NCBI GenBank assembly: GCA_944320745.1
Contig: CALUIN010000006.1
Coordinates: 16,559 to 80,558 of the forward strand
Length of the DNA: 64,000 nucleotides
Source of the DNA: an uncultured Alloprevotella sp.
Lineage (GTDB): Bacteria; Bacteroidota; Bacteroidia; Bacteroidales; Bacteroidaceae
Reading direction: 5' to 3'
This document shows positions 47,293-57,710 of this stretch, piece by piece. Numbering within the stretch: the first letter of the stretch is position 1; the number at the start of each line of letters is the position of its first letter. The notes below the pieces were generated by a model. The model was not told the DNA's origin and did not search any database. It saw nothing but the letters and a program-made list of their open reading frames with translations. A program made the translations under genes and the position numbers.

Positions 47293-48609
47293 TCACTCAA
47301 GCAGGTAGCTCATGATGCCGCCGCTGAGTTGGAGCAGGGAGATTTCGCACAGCTTCGTGTCGTACTCGGCCACGAGGATGCGCTCCTCCGCGTCGAGCAG
47401 GCTCTTTTGGGCCTCGCGCATCTCGATACCGGAAAGGTCGCCCAGAAGGTAACGCTCGCAGGCTATGAAGTGGTTCTCTTGCGCGGTGATGAGGTTCTGG
47501 CGCTCGAGGGTCAGCAGGCGAAGGTTGTTCTGATATGCCTGGTAAAGGTCGGCCAGGTCGGCATGGAGCGAGAGCTCCAGGTCGCGACGGGCTAGCTCGG
47601 CATTCTCGATGTTGATCTGCGCGTTACGGCGCTCCCGCTGGCGGTTGCCGTCGAAGAGGCGGAAGCCTACCGTAACTCCGAAATCGGCGCCCCAGTTGTG
47701 GCGTTTCCGGGTCGAGCTGTTCCCGTAACGGTTGTAGGTGTATCCGTAGCCGGCATTGAGCGTGACGTAGGGGTAATCGCGCCCGCGGACCGTGCGGAAA
47801 TCGAGTTCGGCCAGCCGCTTGTCCTGCGCGGCACTGAGCAACGAAGCGTTGGTGCGGAGCGTGGCAGCCCAGAGGCTGTCGAAGGAAAGGGTGGCATTGA
47901 CGTCGATGGTGGTGTCCTGGACGGTGAGGCGGCTGGCGGAGTCGCGCACAGCCATGAGCTCGTTGAGGCGGATGCGCGAAGTGGCCAAGGACTCCTGCTG
48001 CCGCAGGCTCTGGGCACTGTCGGCATTAAAGTCGACTTGGGCCTGCTGAAGGTCAAGACGCGAATTGTTGCCGATGATGTACCGCTCCTGGACGATGCGC
48101 AGACGCTCCTTGGACAGTGCTACCGCATAGCGGAAATTCTGCATGCGGATGCGCTGCTGGATGTAGTTGTAGTACTCGGCCACGAGCTGCGCGATGTAGT
48201 CCTCGATGGCGATGCGGGTCTGCGTGGCGCTCTGCCGCTTGAGTTCCTGAAGACGCAGGTAGTTGGTCTGAATCTTAAAACCGTCGAAGATGGTCCACTC
48301 GGCGTTGATGCCTGCCTGCAGGGTGTGGTCGGCCACGTTGCGGTTGTGGGTGACTCCGCCGCCGTTGCTGGCGGTGGAGTTATCGCTGCTGAGCGAGCCG
48401 GAATAGCCGAGGTTGGCATCGACGGTGGGCAGGTAGCCGGCATTGGCCCGGGTGACGTTGTTGTCGGCTATGCGCTCCTCGTTGCGTACGATGCGCAGGG
48501 AATAATTGTTGGTCAGTCCCACTTCGATGCAGGTCTTCAGCGAGATGATCTGTGCCTGGAGCGTGGCGGCGGCGAAGAGGACTATGATCAATAGCGCGTA
48601 TCTTCTCAT
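47293..48609 (-). CDS. TolC family outer membrane efflux protein
   Basis: Signal peptide, NNYSLRI, YLPTV, WTIFDG, two OEP-like halves; overlaps the RND gene stop. Confidence 0.9.
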   Translation of the reverse strand: MRRYALLIIVLFAAATLQAQIISLKTCIEVGLTNNYSLRIVRNEERIADNNVTRANAGYLPTVDANLGYSGSLSSDNSTASNGGGVTHNRNVADHTLQAGINAEWTIFDGFKIQTNYLRLQELKRQSATQTRIAIEDYIAQLVAEYYNYIQQRIRMQNFRYAVALSKERLRIVQERYIIGNNSRLDLQQAQVDFNADSAQSLRQQESLATSRIRLNELMAVRDSASRLTVQDTTIDVNATLSFDSLWAATLRTNASLLSAAQDKRLAELDFRTVRGRDYPYVTLNAGYGYTYNRYGNSSTRKRHNWGADFGVTVGFRLFDGNRQRERRNAQINIENAELARRDLELSLHADLADLYQAYQNNLRLLTLERQNLITAQENHFIACERYLLGDLSGIEMREAQKSLLDAEERILVAEYDTKLCEISLLQLSGGIMSYLLE

Positions 48610-51600
48610 GCTTTATGTTGTTTTTTTACCAAGTTGGTAGAGACATAGGTATATATCGCGGGGACGATGTACATGGTCAGCAGTGTGGAGAATATCATAC
48701 CACCGACGACAGCCGTACCCATGGCGACGCGCCCATTGCTGCCTTCGCCCGTAGCGAAGACAAGGGGGAGCAGACCCAACACCGTGGCGAAACTCGTCAT
48801 CAGAATGGGGCGCAGACGCTGGGCGGAGGCGTCGCGGATGGCGGTAAACTTGTCCTCGCCCATCTTCTGCCGCTGGTTGGCGAACTCCACAATGAGGATA
48901 CCATTTTTCGCCACGAGACCGATCAGCATGATAATACCGATCTGGCTGAAGATGTTCATCGTCTGCCCGCCGGCCTTCATGAATATGAGGGCGCCGCAGA
49001 TGGCCAGCGGCACAGTCAGCATGATGACGAACGGGTCCTTGAAGCTCTCAAACTGGGCGGCAAGGATGAGGTAGATGAGCAACAGGGCCAGCGCGAAGGC
49101 GAAGATCAGGCTGGAGGAGCTTTCGCGGAAATCCTTGGAATCGCCGGCCAGCGACGTGCGGAAGGTCTCGTCGAGCGTGTTTTTGGCGATCTTGTCCATC
49201 TCGTCCAGACCTTGGCCTATGGTCTTGCCCTCTGCCAAACCGGCGGAAACAGTGGCGGAGACGAAGCGGTTGTAGCGGTAGAGCTTGGGCGGGGCCACGC
49301 TTTCCTCTAGGTCGACGAGGTTCTCCATCTGCACCATGCGGCCGTCCTCGGAGCGTACGTAAATTCCCTTCAGGTGGTTGGGCGTATTGCGCTGCTGGCG
49401 GTTGATTTCTCCGACGATTTCATACTGTTTGCCGTTCATGTAAAGGTAGCCGAGGCGCTGGCCGCTGAGGCCGTACTGAAGGGTCTGGGCAATATCCTGC
49501 GTACTGACTCCCATGAGATTGGCTTTTTCGCGATTGACGCTCAGGCGGATTTCCGGCTTGGAGAACTTGAGGTCGACGTCGGCCATCTGGAACACCGGAT
49601 TGGCATAGACCTGGGCCATGAACTTGGGCAGGACTTCCTGGAGCTTTTCGATGTTGGTGGCCTGGAGCACATACTGCACGGGCATGGCCCCGCGGCGGCC
49701 GCCGAAGGTGGACTGCTGCTGCACGAAGGAGCGGGCGTCCGTCTTGGACTGCACGGCCTTGGAAAGGGCCTCGGCCACTTCCATCTGGCTGTAGTCGCGG
49801 TCGGCAAGGTCCTTGAGCGTAATCTGTATGTTTCCGCTTCCGCTCGAGACGCGGGCCGTGATAAATTCGGCGTCGGGGACGATGGAGTCGGCCAACTGAT
49901 TAATGCTCTCTGTGTAATCGCGCATATACTCATACGTGACGCCTTCTGGGCCTGTCGTGCGGATGGTTATGCTGGAGCGGTCCTCAAGGGGGGCCATTTC
50001 GGAGGGCACTGTATTCCACATCCAGCCGCTAAAGCCCAGGGCTACGACCATGATGACGATGGCCAGCCAGCGGTGGTTGAGGAAATAGTCAAGGGAGCGG
50101 GCATAGAAGTGATTGAGCCCGGCAAAGAAAGGCTCCGTCTTGCGGTAGAACCAGCTTTGCTTCTCACGCTTGACGAGCAGCTTCGTGGCCAACATCGGCG
50201 TGAACGTCAGTGCCGCGAAGGCGGAGATGATGACGGAGCCGGCAACGACGAAACTGAACTCACGGAACAGGCGGCCAGTGGTGCCCTCCATAAACACGAT
50301 GGGGAAGAACACGGCGACCAGGGTTATCGTGGTGGAGATGATGGCAAAGAATATTTCCTTCGCGCCCTCGATACCGGCCTCTAATGGCTGCATTCCCCTT
50401 TCTATTCGTATATATATGTTCTCGGTCATGACTATGGCATCATCCACCACCAGGCCGACGGCCAAGACTATGGCGAGCATGGACAAGACGTTTATGGAGA
50501 ATCCGCACAGGTACATGATAAAGAAGGCGCCGACCAGCGAGACGGGTATGACGATACAGGGGACGAGCGTCACGCGCCAGTCGCGCAGGAAGAGGAAGAT
50601 GATGACAATCACGAGAACGAAGGCCTCGTAGACCGTATCCTTTACTTCGTTGATGGAGGCGCGGATGAAGCGGGTATTGTCGAAACCGTAGGTGTACTTG
50701 ACGTCGGCGGGAAGGTCCTTCTTCATCTGCTCCATACGCTTATACACGGCGTCGGCAATGTTGATGTGATTGGCACCGGGCTGAGGCACTACGACGACAC
50801 CCACCATGGGCACGCCGTTCATCTTCATATAGCTCTCCAGATCACGCGCATCGAGTTCGGCGCGGCCGATGTCGCTGAAGCGGACGATGCGCCCTTCGCT
50901 GGACTTGATGACGAGGTTGTTGAACTCTTCGGTGGTATGCATCTGGCCCATCGTTCGGATGTCGAGCTCTGTGGTGTTGCCGTCAATACTTCCGGAGGGC
51001 AATTCTACATTCTCGCGATCGAGCGCATTCTTCACGTCCATCGGCGTCACGCCGTAGCCGGACATTTTGACGGGGTCCAGCCAAAGGCGCATACAGTAAC
51101 GTTTCTCACCCCAAATGGACACGCTGCTGACTTCGGGGATGGTCTGTAACTGCTCTTTCACCGTGAGGTCGGCGATTTCGCTTAACTCCAAGAGGGAGCG
51201 CTGGTCGCTCTGAATGGCGACCATCAGAATGGGCGACGCGTCGGCATCGGCTTTGGAGACGGTGGGCGGGTCGCAGTCGCGGGGCAGGTTGCGTTGTGCT
51301 CGGGAAACCTTGTCGCGGACGTCGTTCGCAGCGGTCTCGAGATCGACTGAAAGCTCAAACTCTACGGTAATTCTGCTCTGGCCCTGCTGACTGACACTGG
51401 TCAGGGAGCGGATGCCGGGAATACCGTTGATGTTCTGCTCCAAAGGCTCGGTAATCTGGTTTTCAATGACATCGGCATTGGCACCAGGATAGGAGCACGT
51501 GACAGAGATGATGGGATTGTCGACCGAAGGGTATTCACGGACGCCCAGACTGACATACCCGATGACGCCAAAAAGGAGAATAATCAACGTGAGTACGGTG

Positions 51601-51641
51601 GCCAAGACCGGACGGCGAATGCTTAGCTCGGAAATATTCAT
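48606..51641 (-). CDS. RND efflux transporter permease (AcrB family)
   Basis: SIRRPV, YPGA, GLVVDDAIV..ENI, GLVAKNGILIVEFAN, RLRPILMT. Confidence 0.95.
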   Translation of the reverse strand: MNISELSIRRPVLATVLTLIILLFGVIGYVSLGVREYPSVDNPIISVTCSYPGANADVIENQITEPLEQNINGIPGIRSLTSVSQQGQSRITVEFELSVDLETAANDVRDKVSRAQRNLPRDCDPPTVSKADADASPILMVAIQSDQRSLLELSEIADLTVKEQLQTIPEVSSVSIWGEKRYCMRLWLDPVKMSGYGVTPMDVKNALDRENVELPSGSIDGNTTELDIRTMGQMHTTEEFNNLVIKSSEGRIVRFSDIGRAELDARDLESYMKMNGVPMVGVVVVPQPGANHINIADAVYKRMEQMKKDLPADVKYTYGFDNTRFIRASINEVKDTVYEAFVLVIVIIFLFLRDWRVTLVPCIVIPVSLVGAFFIMYLCGFSINVLSMLAIVLAVGLVVDDAIVMTENIYIRIERGMQPLEAGIEGAKEIFFAIISTTITLVAVFFPIVFMEGTTGRLFREFSFVVAGSVIISAFAALTFTPMLATKLLVKREKQSWFYRKTEPFFAGLNHFYARSLDYFLNHRWLAIVIMVVALGFSGWMWNTVPSEMAPLEDRSSITIRTTGPEGVTYEYMRDYTESINQLADSIVPDAEFITARVSSGSGNIQITLKDLADRDYSQMEVAEALSKAVQSKTDARSFVQQQSTFGGRRGAMPVQYVLQATNIEKLQEVLPKFMAQVYANPVFQMADVDLKFSKPEIRLSVNREKANLMGVSTQDIAQTLQYGLSGQRLGYLYMNGKQYEIVGEINRQQRNTPNHLKGIYVRSEDGRMVQMENLVDLEESVAPPKLYRYNRFVSATVSAGLAEGKTIGQGLDEMDKIAKNTLDETFRTSLAGDSKDFRESSSSLIFAFALALLLIYLILAAQFESFKDPFVIMLTVPLAICGALIFMKAGGQTMNIFSQIGIIMLIGLVAKNGILIVEFANQRQKMGEDKFTAIRDASAQRLRPILMTSFATVLGLLPLVFATGEGSNGRVAMGTAVVGGMIFSTLLTMYIVPAIYTYVSTNLVKKQHKA

Positions 51642-51683
51642 ATGTGCTATCTATGGACAGGTGAATAGAGAAGGGGGTGCAGC

Positions 51684-52748
51684 TTATCGGGTAATACTTA
51701 CTTTCTGGCCGGTGCGCAGCTGCATGGTTCCGCTGGTGATTACGGTATCGCCCTCGTGGAGCCCGCGCAACACCTGGACTTCTGACTCGGTGCGCAGGCC
51801 TTTGGTGATCTCTACTGGTTGAGCTACTCCGTTTTTATATAAGAACACTTTGTCTATACCCATTTCGGAAACGATGGCTTCGCTGGGCACGGCAAGGGCG
51901 TGGTCGAACTCGCGTGCCACAAGGTTAACGTTAACATAACGGCCAGGCATCAGCTTGCCGTCGCTGTTCGGATAGCGGGCACGGATGGTATAGGTACGGG
52001 TGTCCATGTCGACATAGGAGTCGGTGGCATAGACTTGTGCGGAACGGGGAGTAAGGTCGCCTTCGGCCGTGAACGTGAGCTGTGCGCCAGCCTTCAGGAT
52101 GCCCGCATAGCGCTCGGGGATGCTGAACTCGACCTTGAGAGGTGATAATTTTGTCAATGTGGCTATAGCCGTGGAGGTCGTGGCGTAGGCACCGAGGCTG
52201 ACTTTACGCAAACCGATGATGCCACTGAAGGGAGCACGCAACTCTGTCTGATCGATCTGGGCGCGGACCATGTCCATGTCGGCCTTCAGCGCGGAAAGGT
52301 TTGCCTCTGCCTCCTGGAACGCTTCCATACTGACGGCTTCCTTGGCCAAAAGGGCACGCTGGCGATAAAGGCGATCCTGCATCAGTTTCAGCTGGGCCTC
52401 GAGCTTGCGTAGTTCGGCCTGCAGCGGCGCGTCGTTGATTTTGGCGAGCAACTGGCCCTCCTGCACATGCGCACCTTCCTTGAAATAAATCGCAGTGATT
52501 TTTCCCTGCGTTTCAAACGTCAGGTCGACTTCCTCGTCAGGAAGAAGACTGCCGCTGACAAAGATGCCGTCCTTCAGCTTCTGAGCCTTGACGACAACCG
52601 CCTTCACATTTAATGTCTTCTCTTTATTGCTACTGCCGGATGCTTGCTCCAACTCCTTGTTTTCGTGGGGAACAAATGTCCGGTAAGCGAGAGCGCCGAG
52701 CCCGACTACTACGACCGCAACAATGCCCCATTTGACATATTTATTCAT
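51684..52748 (-). CDS. RND efflux periplasmic adaptor (MFP) subunit
   Basis: N-terminal TM, lipoyl/hairpin region G.I..IYFKEG..V.EGQLL, LRAPFSG, LMPG. Start at ATG 52748; TATATTTG on the minus strand at 52809-52816. Confidence 0.92.
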   Translation of the reverse strand: MNKYVKWGIVAVVVVGLGALAYRTFVPHENKELEQASGSSNKEKTLNVKAVVVKAQKLKDGIFVSGSLLPDEEVDLTFETQGKITAIYFKEGAHVQEGQLLAKINDAPLQAELRKLEAQLKLMQDRLYRQRALLAKEAVSMEAFQEAEANLSALKADMDMVRAQIDQTELRAPFSGIIGLRKVSLGAYATTSTAIATLTKLSPLKVEFSIPERYAGILKAGAQLTFTAEGDLTPRSAQVYATDSYVDMDTRTYTIRARYPNSDGKLMPGRYVNVNLVAREFDHALAVPSEAIVSEMGIDKVFLYKNGVAQPVEITKGLRTESEVQVLRGLHEGDTVITSGTMQLRTGQKVSITR

Positions 52749-52885
52749 TGACTCTATAGATTTGTTATTTGTTTTTCTGTAAAGAGAAGTAGAGAACAAA
52801 TTTCTGGGCAAATATATCGTTTTTTTCAGAAGTAAACAGAGCAGAAATACTAATCTTTGCAAATTGTTTTAGGGAAGCTCAAAAT

Positions 52886-52932
52886 ACAAAGGACGACTGC
52901 CGCAGCCGATGGCCACAGCAGTCGTCCTTTGT
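52886..52932 (-). terminator. Terminator after the TPR gene
   Basis: 15-bp perfect inverted repeat acaaaggacgactgc / gcagtcgtcctttgt with an A-rich flank. Confidence 0.8.
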
Positions 52933-52956
52933 CTGTTTCGGTTAAAATCTGTCCGA

Positions 52957-54420
52957 TTACTTCTCCATGCTCTTCAGATAAGAGTCAATCTGCTTGCCGA
53001 AAGAGTTTTCCGGGTCAATAGCAAGGAGCTGATCGCAATACTTACGTGCGTCGTCCAGCATATCCTTCTGCACGGCATAGAAGGCCAAGTAACGGATGGC
53101 CTGCAACTTGGCAGCGTCAACGTTCTCCTTACCTTCCATCAACTTCAGGGCTTGCTCGTAAAAGCCCTTGACCTTGTCCTCAGGCTTGGAGCCGTCCGTG
53201 ATGTTGATAGCGGCTCGCATAAGCGGAGCTTGGTAGCTGTCGGGGCGCTCAGCCTGGATAGCGGCAAACACGGAGTCGCCGGCGGCTACGTAGGCAGCTT
53301 TCTGCTCGGGAGTAATGTCAGCCATCTGGCTGGCCGCAAGGTACTGCTGGCCCAAGCCGAAGAGGTCCGTCAACTCAGCCTTGTCGCCCAACTGTTTCAG
53401 GTAGAACTTATACGTCTCGATGCCTTTATCGATTTCCTTGTTCTGACGATAGAGCGTGGCCAGCTCCTTGATACCGCCCACCTTGGTAGAATCAATGGTA
53501 AGCGCCTTCTCGTAATACTGAATGGCAGCGGGGAAGTCGTTCAACTCTTTCATGAGGTTGCCCGCATAAGCATAATCCAGATACAGGTAGTTGCTGTCCG
53601 GATATTCCTTATTCACGATGTAGGACATGGCGGTCTTGGCCTGGTCAAACTCATAGTTCTCGACTGCGCTGAAGAACTTCATACGCTTGAAAACCATGTC
53701 CTTCGGGTCGAGCGTCTCGAAATCCGTCACGAGCTGCGCTACGTCTATGAACTTCTGGGTAGCGTAGAGCGACTGCAGGTAGTTTTCGGCGGCGCGTACA
53801 TCACGCTTGTCCTTGGGGACAGCAGCGAAATAGCTCTTATAGGAGGCAACAGCGTCGGCGAACTCATTCATATTATAAGCGATGTCGCCGAGCTCCTTGT
53901 CAGCCTCGTAGTTGCTGGGATCAAGGCGCTTGATTTTCTGCAACATCTCTACGGCTACATGCGGGTTAATGTTCTTGTAAACGAACGCGTTCCGCTTGAG
54001 CGCAGCAATATTGGTAGAATCAATGGCCAAAACCTCGTCAAACTTTTGACCGGCAGCACCATAGTCTTTGCGCATCATGCAGACCTCGCCGCCGAACATC
54101 AAGCCCGGAACATAGGTGGGAGCCAATTCGTAGAGCTGACGAGAGCACTGGTTGGCACACGGATACACACCCTTCTCAAGGAAGAACTGGCCTACGCTCA
54201 GCAAATCCTCTTCGCTCTTGCGGATTTTGCGCATGAGCTTTGTAAATGCCTTGTTGGCAGCATCGGGATCAGACAGCTGAAGATCAATCACTTGATTTGC
54301 CATTTCCGCATATTCCGGATCCAAGGGGGGAACCTCGTAGCCATTCTGGGCATTGACACTGACGGTCCCGGCTAACAGGAAAGCGGAAAATAGTACCGCG
54401 CGAAAAAAGTTTTTCTTCAT
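52957..54420 (-). CDS. Secreted tetratricopeptide repeat protein
   Basis: Sec signal peptide and multiple TPR-like helical repeats (A...Y.KAL.IDS, LAIDPEN); TATTTTTG on the minus strand at 54513-54520. Confidence 0.85.
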   Translation of the reverse strand: MKKNFFRAVLFSAFLLAGTVSVNAQNGYEVPPLDPEYAEMANQVIDLQLSDPDAANKAFTKLMRKIRKSEEDLLSVGQFFLEKGVYPCANQCSRQLYELAPTYVPGLMFGGEVCMMRKDYGAAGQKFDEVLAIDSTNIAALKRNAFVYKNINPHVAVEMLQKIKRLDPSNYEADKELGDIAYNMNEFADAVASYKSYFAAVPKDKRDVRAAENYLQSLYATQKFIDVAQLVTDFETLDPKDMVFKRMKFFSAVENYEFDQAKTAMSYIVNKEYPDSNYLYLDYAYAGNLMKELNDFPAAIQYYEKALTIDSTKVGGIKELATLYRQNKEIDKGIETYKFYLKQLGDKAELTDLFGLGQQYLAASQMADITPEQKAAYVAAGDSVFAAIQAERPDSYQAPLMRAAINITDGSKPEDKVKGFYEQALKLMEGKENVDAAKLQAIRYLAFYAVQKDMLDDARKYCDQLLAIDPENSFGKQIDSYLKSMEK

Positions 54421-54618
54421 TATGCAATAAACTTATGTTCTTGTCTTGTTCGTCCTTTCTCTATAATATAACGGAGAAGGGCCGTAGCGCCCTGCTCTCA
54501 TAATGCAGCGTACAAAAATACGCATTTCTCCTCACAATTGACCTGACCCGATGCTTTTTTTGCATTATTTATACGAAGAGCTGCCTTTCCGAAAGGAGCT
54601 TTGGCGCTCACTCGTCCA

Positions 54619-55557
54619 TCAGTTGATATTGACGGATTTATTTTGCACAGGCAGGTTAGGCAACATCTGGGAACTGTTGCAAATGATGGTCTGTCCTTTT
54701 TGTCCCTTCATGAAGAAGAACAGGGTCTTCACGTTGGAACGCACTCTCGGGTCGGTCGTCATGACATAGACGGAGCGTATCAGCGGGTAGTCGCCCGTGA
54801 GAATGCGATACTGATAAGGCTTCCAGCCAATCGCATCTTCCGTATTTTCCCGGCTGACCTTAAGCACCTTCACATCGAGGCCCTCAAAAGAATTCATCGC
54901 GGAGTCACGGTCGCCCTTAAGCCAGTTTGTACCCACCACACCGATAACAGTCGGGTCAGATTTTACCGTTTCAATGACCGCAGGATTAGATCCTTGGGCA
55001 TAAAGGTTGCCCTTGAGTTCCTGACCATTGCAGAGAGAGTCTCTCATGTAGCGGACGGTGCTCGATCCCGAGTCATCGAACACGAGCTTCACTTCGCCTG
55101 TGAGTCCGGAACGCGGCATCTGCTCCCAGCGGGTGATTTTTCCGGAAACGAGTCCTCTGACTTCGTCCATCGTAATCAGTGTATCGGGATTCTCCTTATT
55201 CACAATCAAGGCGAAGGCATCAATCGCTATCTTTGCCTGACGCACGCCCAGATTGTGGCTGGCCACGACCTCCAATTCATTCGCGTTCAGTTCGCGCGTA
55301 GCCACGCAGCAACGCACGCTGTCCATGACCATCAGGCGAATGGCTGAATCCTCGCTGCAAAAAATCGGATGGAGCGTGGCCTCTACGTGCTCGAGCTGGA
55401 AAGTCTCCAGCAATTCCTCCATAATCGGACGGAAAGTTTCGTCCATCGCCACATGCACATCATCGGAAGTCCGCCAGTCGGCAGACTTCCGATGGTTACC
55501 ACACGAGGTGGTCAAGAGTGTGCACACTGCGGCTACTAAAAGCCAAAGTGTCTTCAT
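54619..55557 (-). CDS. PstS-like periplasmic binding lipoprotein (PBP2 fold)
   Basis: Lipobox LTTSC; DETFRPI, IAIDAFALIVN..N, VFD..GSSTVRY, IGVVG.NW, YPL.RS.Y. Confidence 0.8.
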   Translation of the reverse strand: MKTLWLLVAAVCTLLTTSCGNHRKSADWRTSDDVHVAMDETFRPIMEELLETFQLEHVEATLHPIFCSEDSAIRLMVMDSVRCCVATRELNANELEVVASHNLGVRQAKIAIDAFALIVNKENPDTLITMDEVRGLVSGKITRWEQMPRSGLTGEVKLVFDDSGSSTVRYMRDSLCNGQELKGNLYAQGSNPAVIETVKSDPTVIGVVGTNWLKGDRDSAMNSFEGLDVKVLKVSRENTEDAIGWKPYQYRILTGDYPLIRSVYVMTTDPRVRSNVKTLFFFMKGQKGQTIICNSSQMLPNLPVQNKSVNIN

Positions 55558-55584
55558 ACTATCAAAGTTACTTCATTGACTGTA

Positions 55585-56430
55585 TCAACGAATCTGGAAG
55601 CGAATCGGCAACGTAAACCAAACGGGAACAGGGTGTCCCTGCTGCTTGGCCGGAACGAAGCGGGCGAGTTTGCTAACTACTTCGGCAGCAGCCTCGTCGC
55701 ACTCCTTGGACAAGCTCTTCTTGATTACAATTTGACCGATGGAACCGTCCTTCTCCACTCTGAAGCGGAGGACAACCGTTCCTTGAAGCTCCTGCTCCTG
55801 AGCGATGCTCGGATAAACCAAGTTCTCAGAAACGAACTTCAACAATGCAGCTTCACCACCGGGATAAGTAGCCGGCACCTCAACGAGGGCGTTATCCGCC
55901 ACTTCCTCCTCCTGCGGCACATCCGTACCGCCGGCTTGCTGATTGTCCTTCAAGTCATCGATGTTGATACCGCCCTCACCGTCGCCGGCATAGTCCTGCG
56001 CGGCGATGGAAATCGAGCTCTTCGTCACCTCATCCTGGGACTTCACTTCCTTGGATTCATCCACCAAAGCATCGTCCTCAATCTTAGGAACAACGAACTG
56101 CAGAGAGGCCTTTACCTTCACCTTCTCCACCTTCGGCTCATCGTACTTGATTTCGATTTTCTTCTCTTCCTTCTTCGGTTCTTCCTTCTTCAACTGCGAC
56201 AGCTGCGTGACGGTCGTATTCTCAATCTCGCCGTTCTTGGTCAACGCACTCACGGTTGCGCGGATTGCGATAACCAGTGCGATGACGCCGACTACGATCA
56301 GAAGAGTAATGATGGCACGCAGATTGCGGAGTCCGGTACGCGCACGCATCCGATAAGCTCCGTAATCCTTGTTACGTCCTTCGAATACGAGGTCACACCA
56401 TTCGCGTGAAACTAAATCGACCTTAGACAT
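55585..56430 (-). CDS. tonB: Energy transducer TonB
   Basis: DLVFEGRNKDYGAY N-terminus, single TM, charged linker, TonB C-terminal domain YPGG..., YP..A....QGTV..RF.V, F.PAKQ.G.PV.VWFTLPI.F. Confidence 0.9.
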   Translation of the reverse strand: MSKVDLVSREWCDLVFEGRNKDYGAYRMRARTGLRNLRAIITLLIVVGVIALVIAIRATVSALTKNGEIENTTVTQLSQLKKEEPKKEEKKIEIKYDEPKVEKVKVKASLQFVVPKIEDDALVDESKEVKSQDEVTKSSISIAAQDYAGDGEGGINIDDLKDNQQAGGTDVPQEEEVADNALVEVPATYPGGEAALLKFVSENLVYPSIAQEQELQGTVVLRFRVEKDGSIGQIVIKKSLSKECDEAAAEVVSKLARFVPAKQQGHPVPVWFTLPIRFQIR

Positions 56431-56450
56431 AATGTTACTTCACTTTCGGG

Positions 56451-57068
56451 TTAATTCTGCGCAAACTTCACGCCCTTGGGTTCCAGGAGAGCCTTGTCGC
56501 TGTCCGCAAATTTATCAATAACGTACTTACCGATGCTACAAATGTTCATCTCGTCCAGAACTTGAATCAGATTTTCGAAGGTTGCCTCGTCGGCGGCCTT
56601 AATGATGACCGTCGGGGTACCCTTTCCACTTCTGATCTCCGAGAGCCGGTCGTTATACTCCTTCTTGCTCTCCTCATTAATGTCGCGTGTCTCGAACTCT
56701 TTCTTGAGCTGTTCGACCTTCGCCAAAGCAGCGACGTTCATCTCCATGAGAACTTTGCGGATGCCGTCTTTGCCGTACTGCGTTTCCTTCAGATTCTGAG
56801 CGGCCTCCTCCGGTTTTCCACGGAAGTAGAAGAGACGCTCCTCGCCCGCAATCAGAATCGTAATAGATTCGCTGGCCTTAGCCTGACTGCGCTGCTCGTC
56901 CTTGATGTCGTCCTTATCGGAAGGCATCGAGATCTGCATGGTCTGCGGTTTCAAGAGTGTTGTACATAACATGAAGAATGTCACGAGCAACATGATCATG
57001 TCGACCATCGGCGTGAAGTCCACGCGGGCATTCATTTTCTTTTGTTTACTGCCACCTTTCTTTGCCAT
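56451..57068 (-). CDS. exbD: Biopolymer transporter ExbD (second copy)
   Basis: RVDFTPMVD..MLLVTFFML (conserved TM Asp), VIIKA...ATFENLI.VLDEM. Confidence 0.9.
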   Translation of the reverse strand: MAKKGGSKQKKMNARVDFTPMVDMIMLLVTFFMLCTTLLKPQTMQISMPSDKDDIKDEQRSQAKASESITILIAGEERLFYFRGKPEEAAQNLKETQYGKDGIRKVLMEMNVAALAKVEQLKKEFETRDINEESKKEYNDRLSEIRSGKGTPTVIIKAADEATFENLIQVLDEMNICSIGKYVIDKFADSDKALLEPKGVKFAQN

Positions 57069-57079
57069 AACATTCTGTT

Positions 57080-57688
57080 TTATTCTTCAACACCCTTGAG
57101 AGACGTGATCAGATTGTAACGGTTCTCGTCGATGTCACGCAGAGAATTCATCACGTTCTTGATCACTTTGTAAGAAGTTCTACGGTCAGCCTTAATTGCA
57201 AGGCCCATCTTATCACCGTTAGCCTTACGGGCCGCGCTCACCCATATTCTCAACTCATCGCTTACGCTGTCACAGGGAATGCCGGCACTGGGATCCTTGG
57301 TCAGGATGCCGTTACGGTCGTCGGACTGAAGCCAGCCATTGATCGTGTTCAGCGGCGTACCGAACATCGGGACTTGCTTAAAAGCCTCGAGTTCCTGAGC
57401 GTTCAGGTTCAATTTTCCTTCTGCAATCATTTCGCGGGCCAGATTCTCCATGGTCTGCGGAGAGTCCATGCTCATGAACACCTTTCCGTTGCGTTCCACG
57501 TAGATGGTCAGCAGATTGTTGGAAGGAATTTTCACTTCAGAAACCGAACCAGGCGTATTAATCTTGACAGGTTCTTCCTTTACAAACGTCGCAGTAAGCA
57601 TAAAGAAGGTAAGCAGCAGGACCATGACATCACTCATAGGCGTCATGTCTATGAATGTGTCTTGTTTTTTAATTTTAAAACGTCCCAT
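57080..57688 (-). CDS. exbD: Biopolymer transporter ExbD (first copy)
   Basis: IDMTPMSDVMVLLLTFFML, IKAD..TSY..IK.VM. Confidence 0.9.
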   Translation of the reverse strand: MGRFKIKKQDTFIDMTPMSDVMVLLLTFFMLTATFVKEEPVKINTPGSVSEVKIPSNNLLTIYVERNGKVFMSMDSPQTMENLAREMIAEGKLNLNAQELEAFKQVPMFGTPLNTINGWLQSDDRNGILTKDPSAGIPCDSVSDELRIWVSAARKANGDKMGLAIKADRRTSYKVIKNVMNSLRDIDENRYNLITSLKGVEE

Positions 57689-57710
57689 GTCTTAAATACC
57701 TTGATTATGA

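Noticed and set aside
54619-55557. Phosphate ABC transporter (pstS) operon
   Set aside because: There is no pstC/A/B or phoU nearby, and the gene sits in the exbBD-tonB cluster, so the symbol was not assigned.
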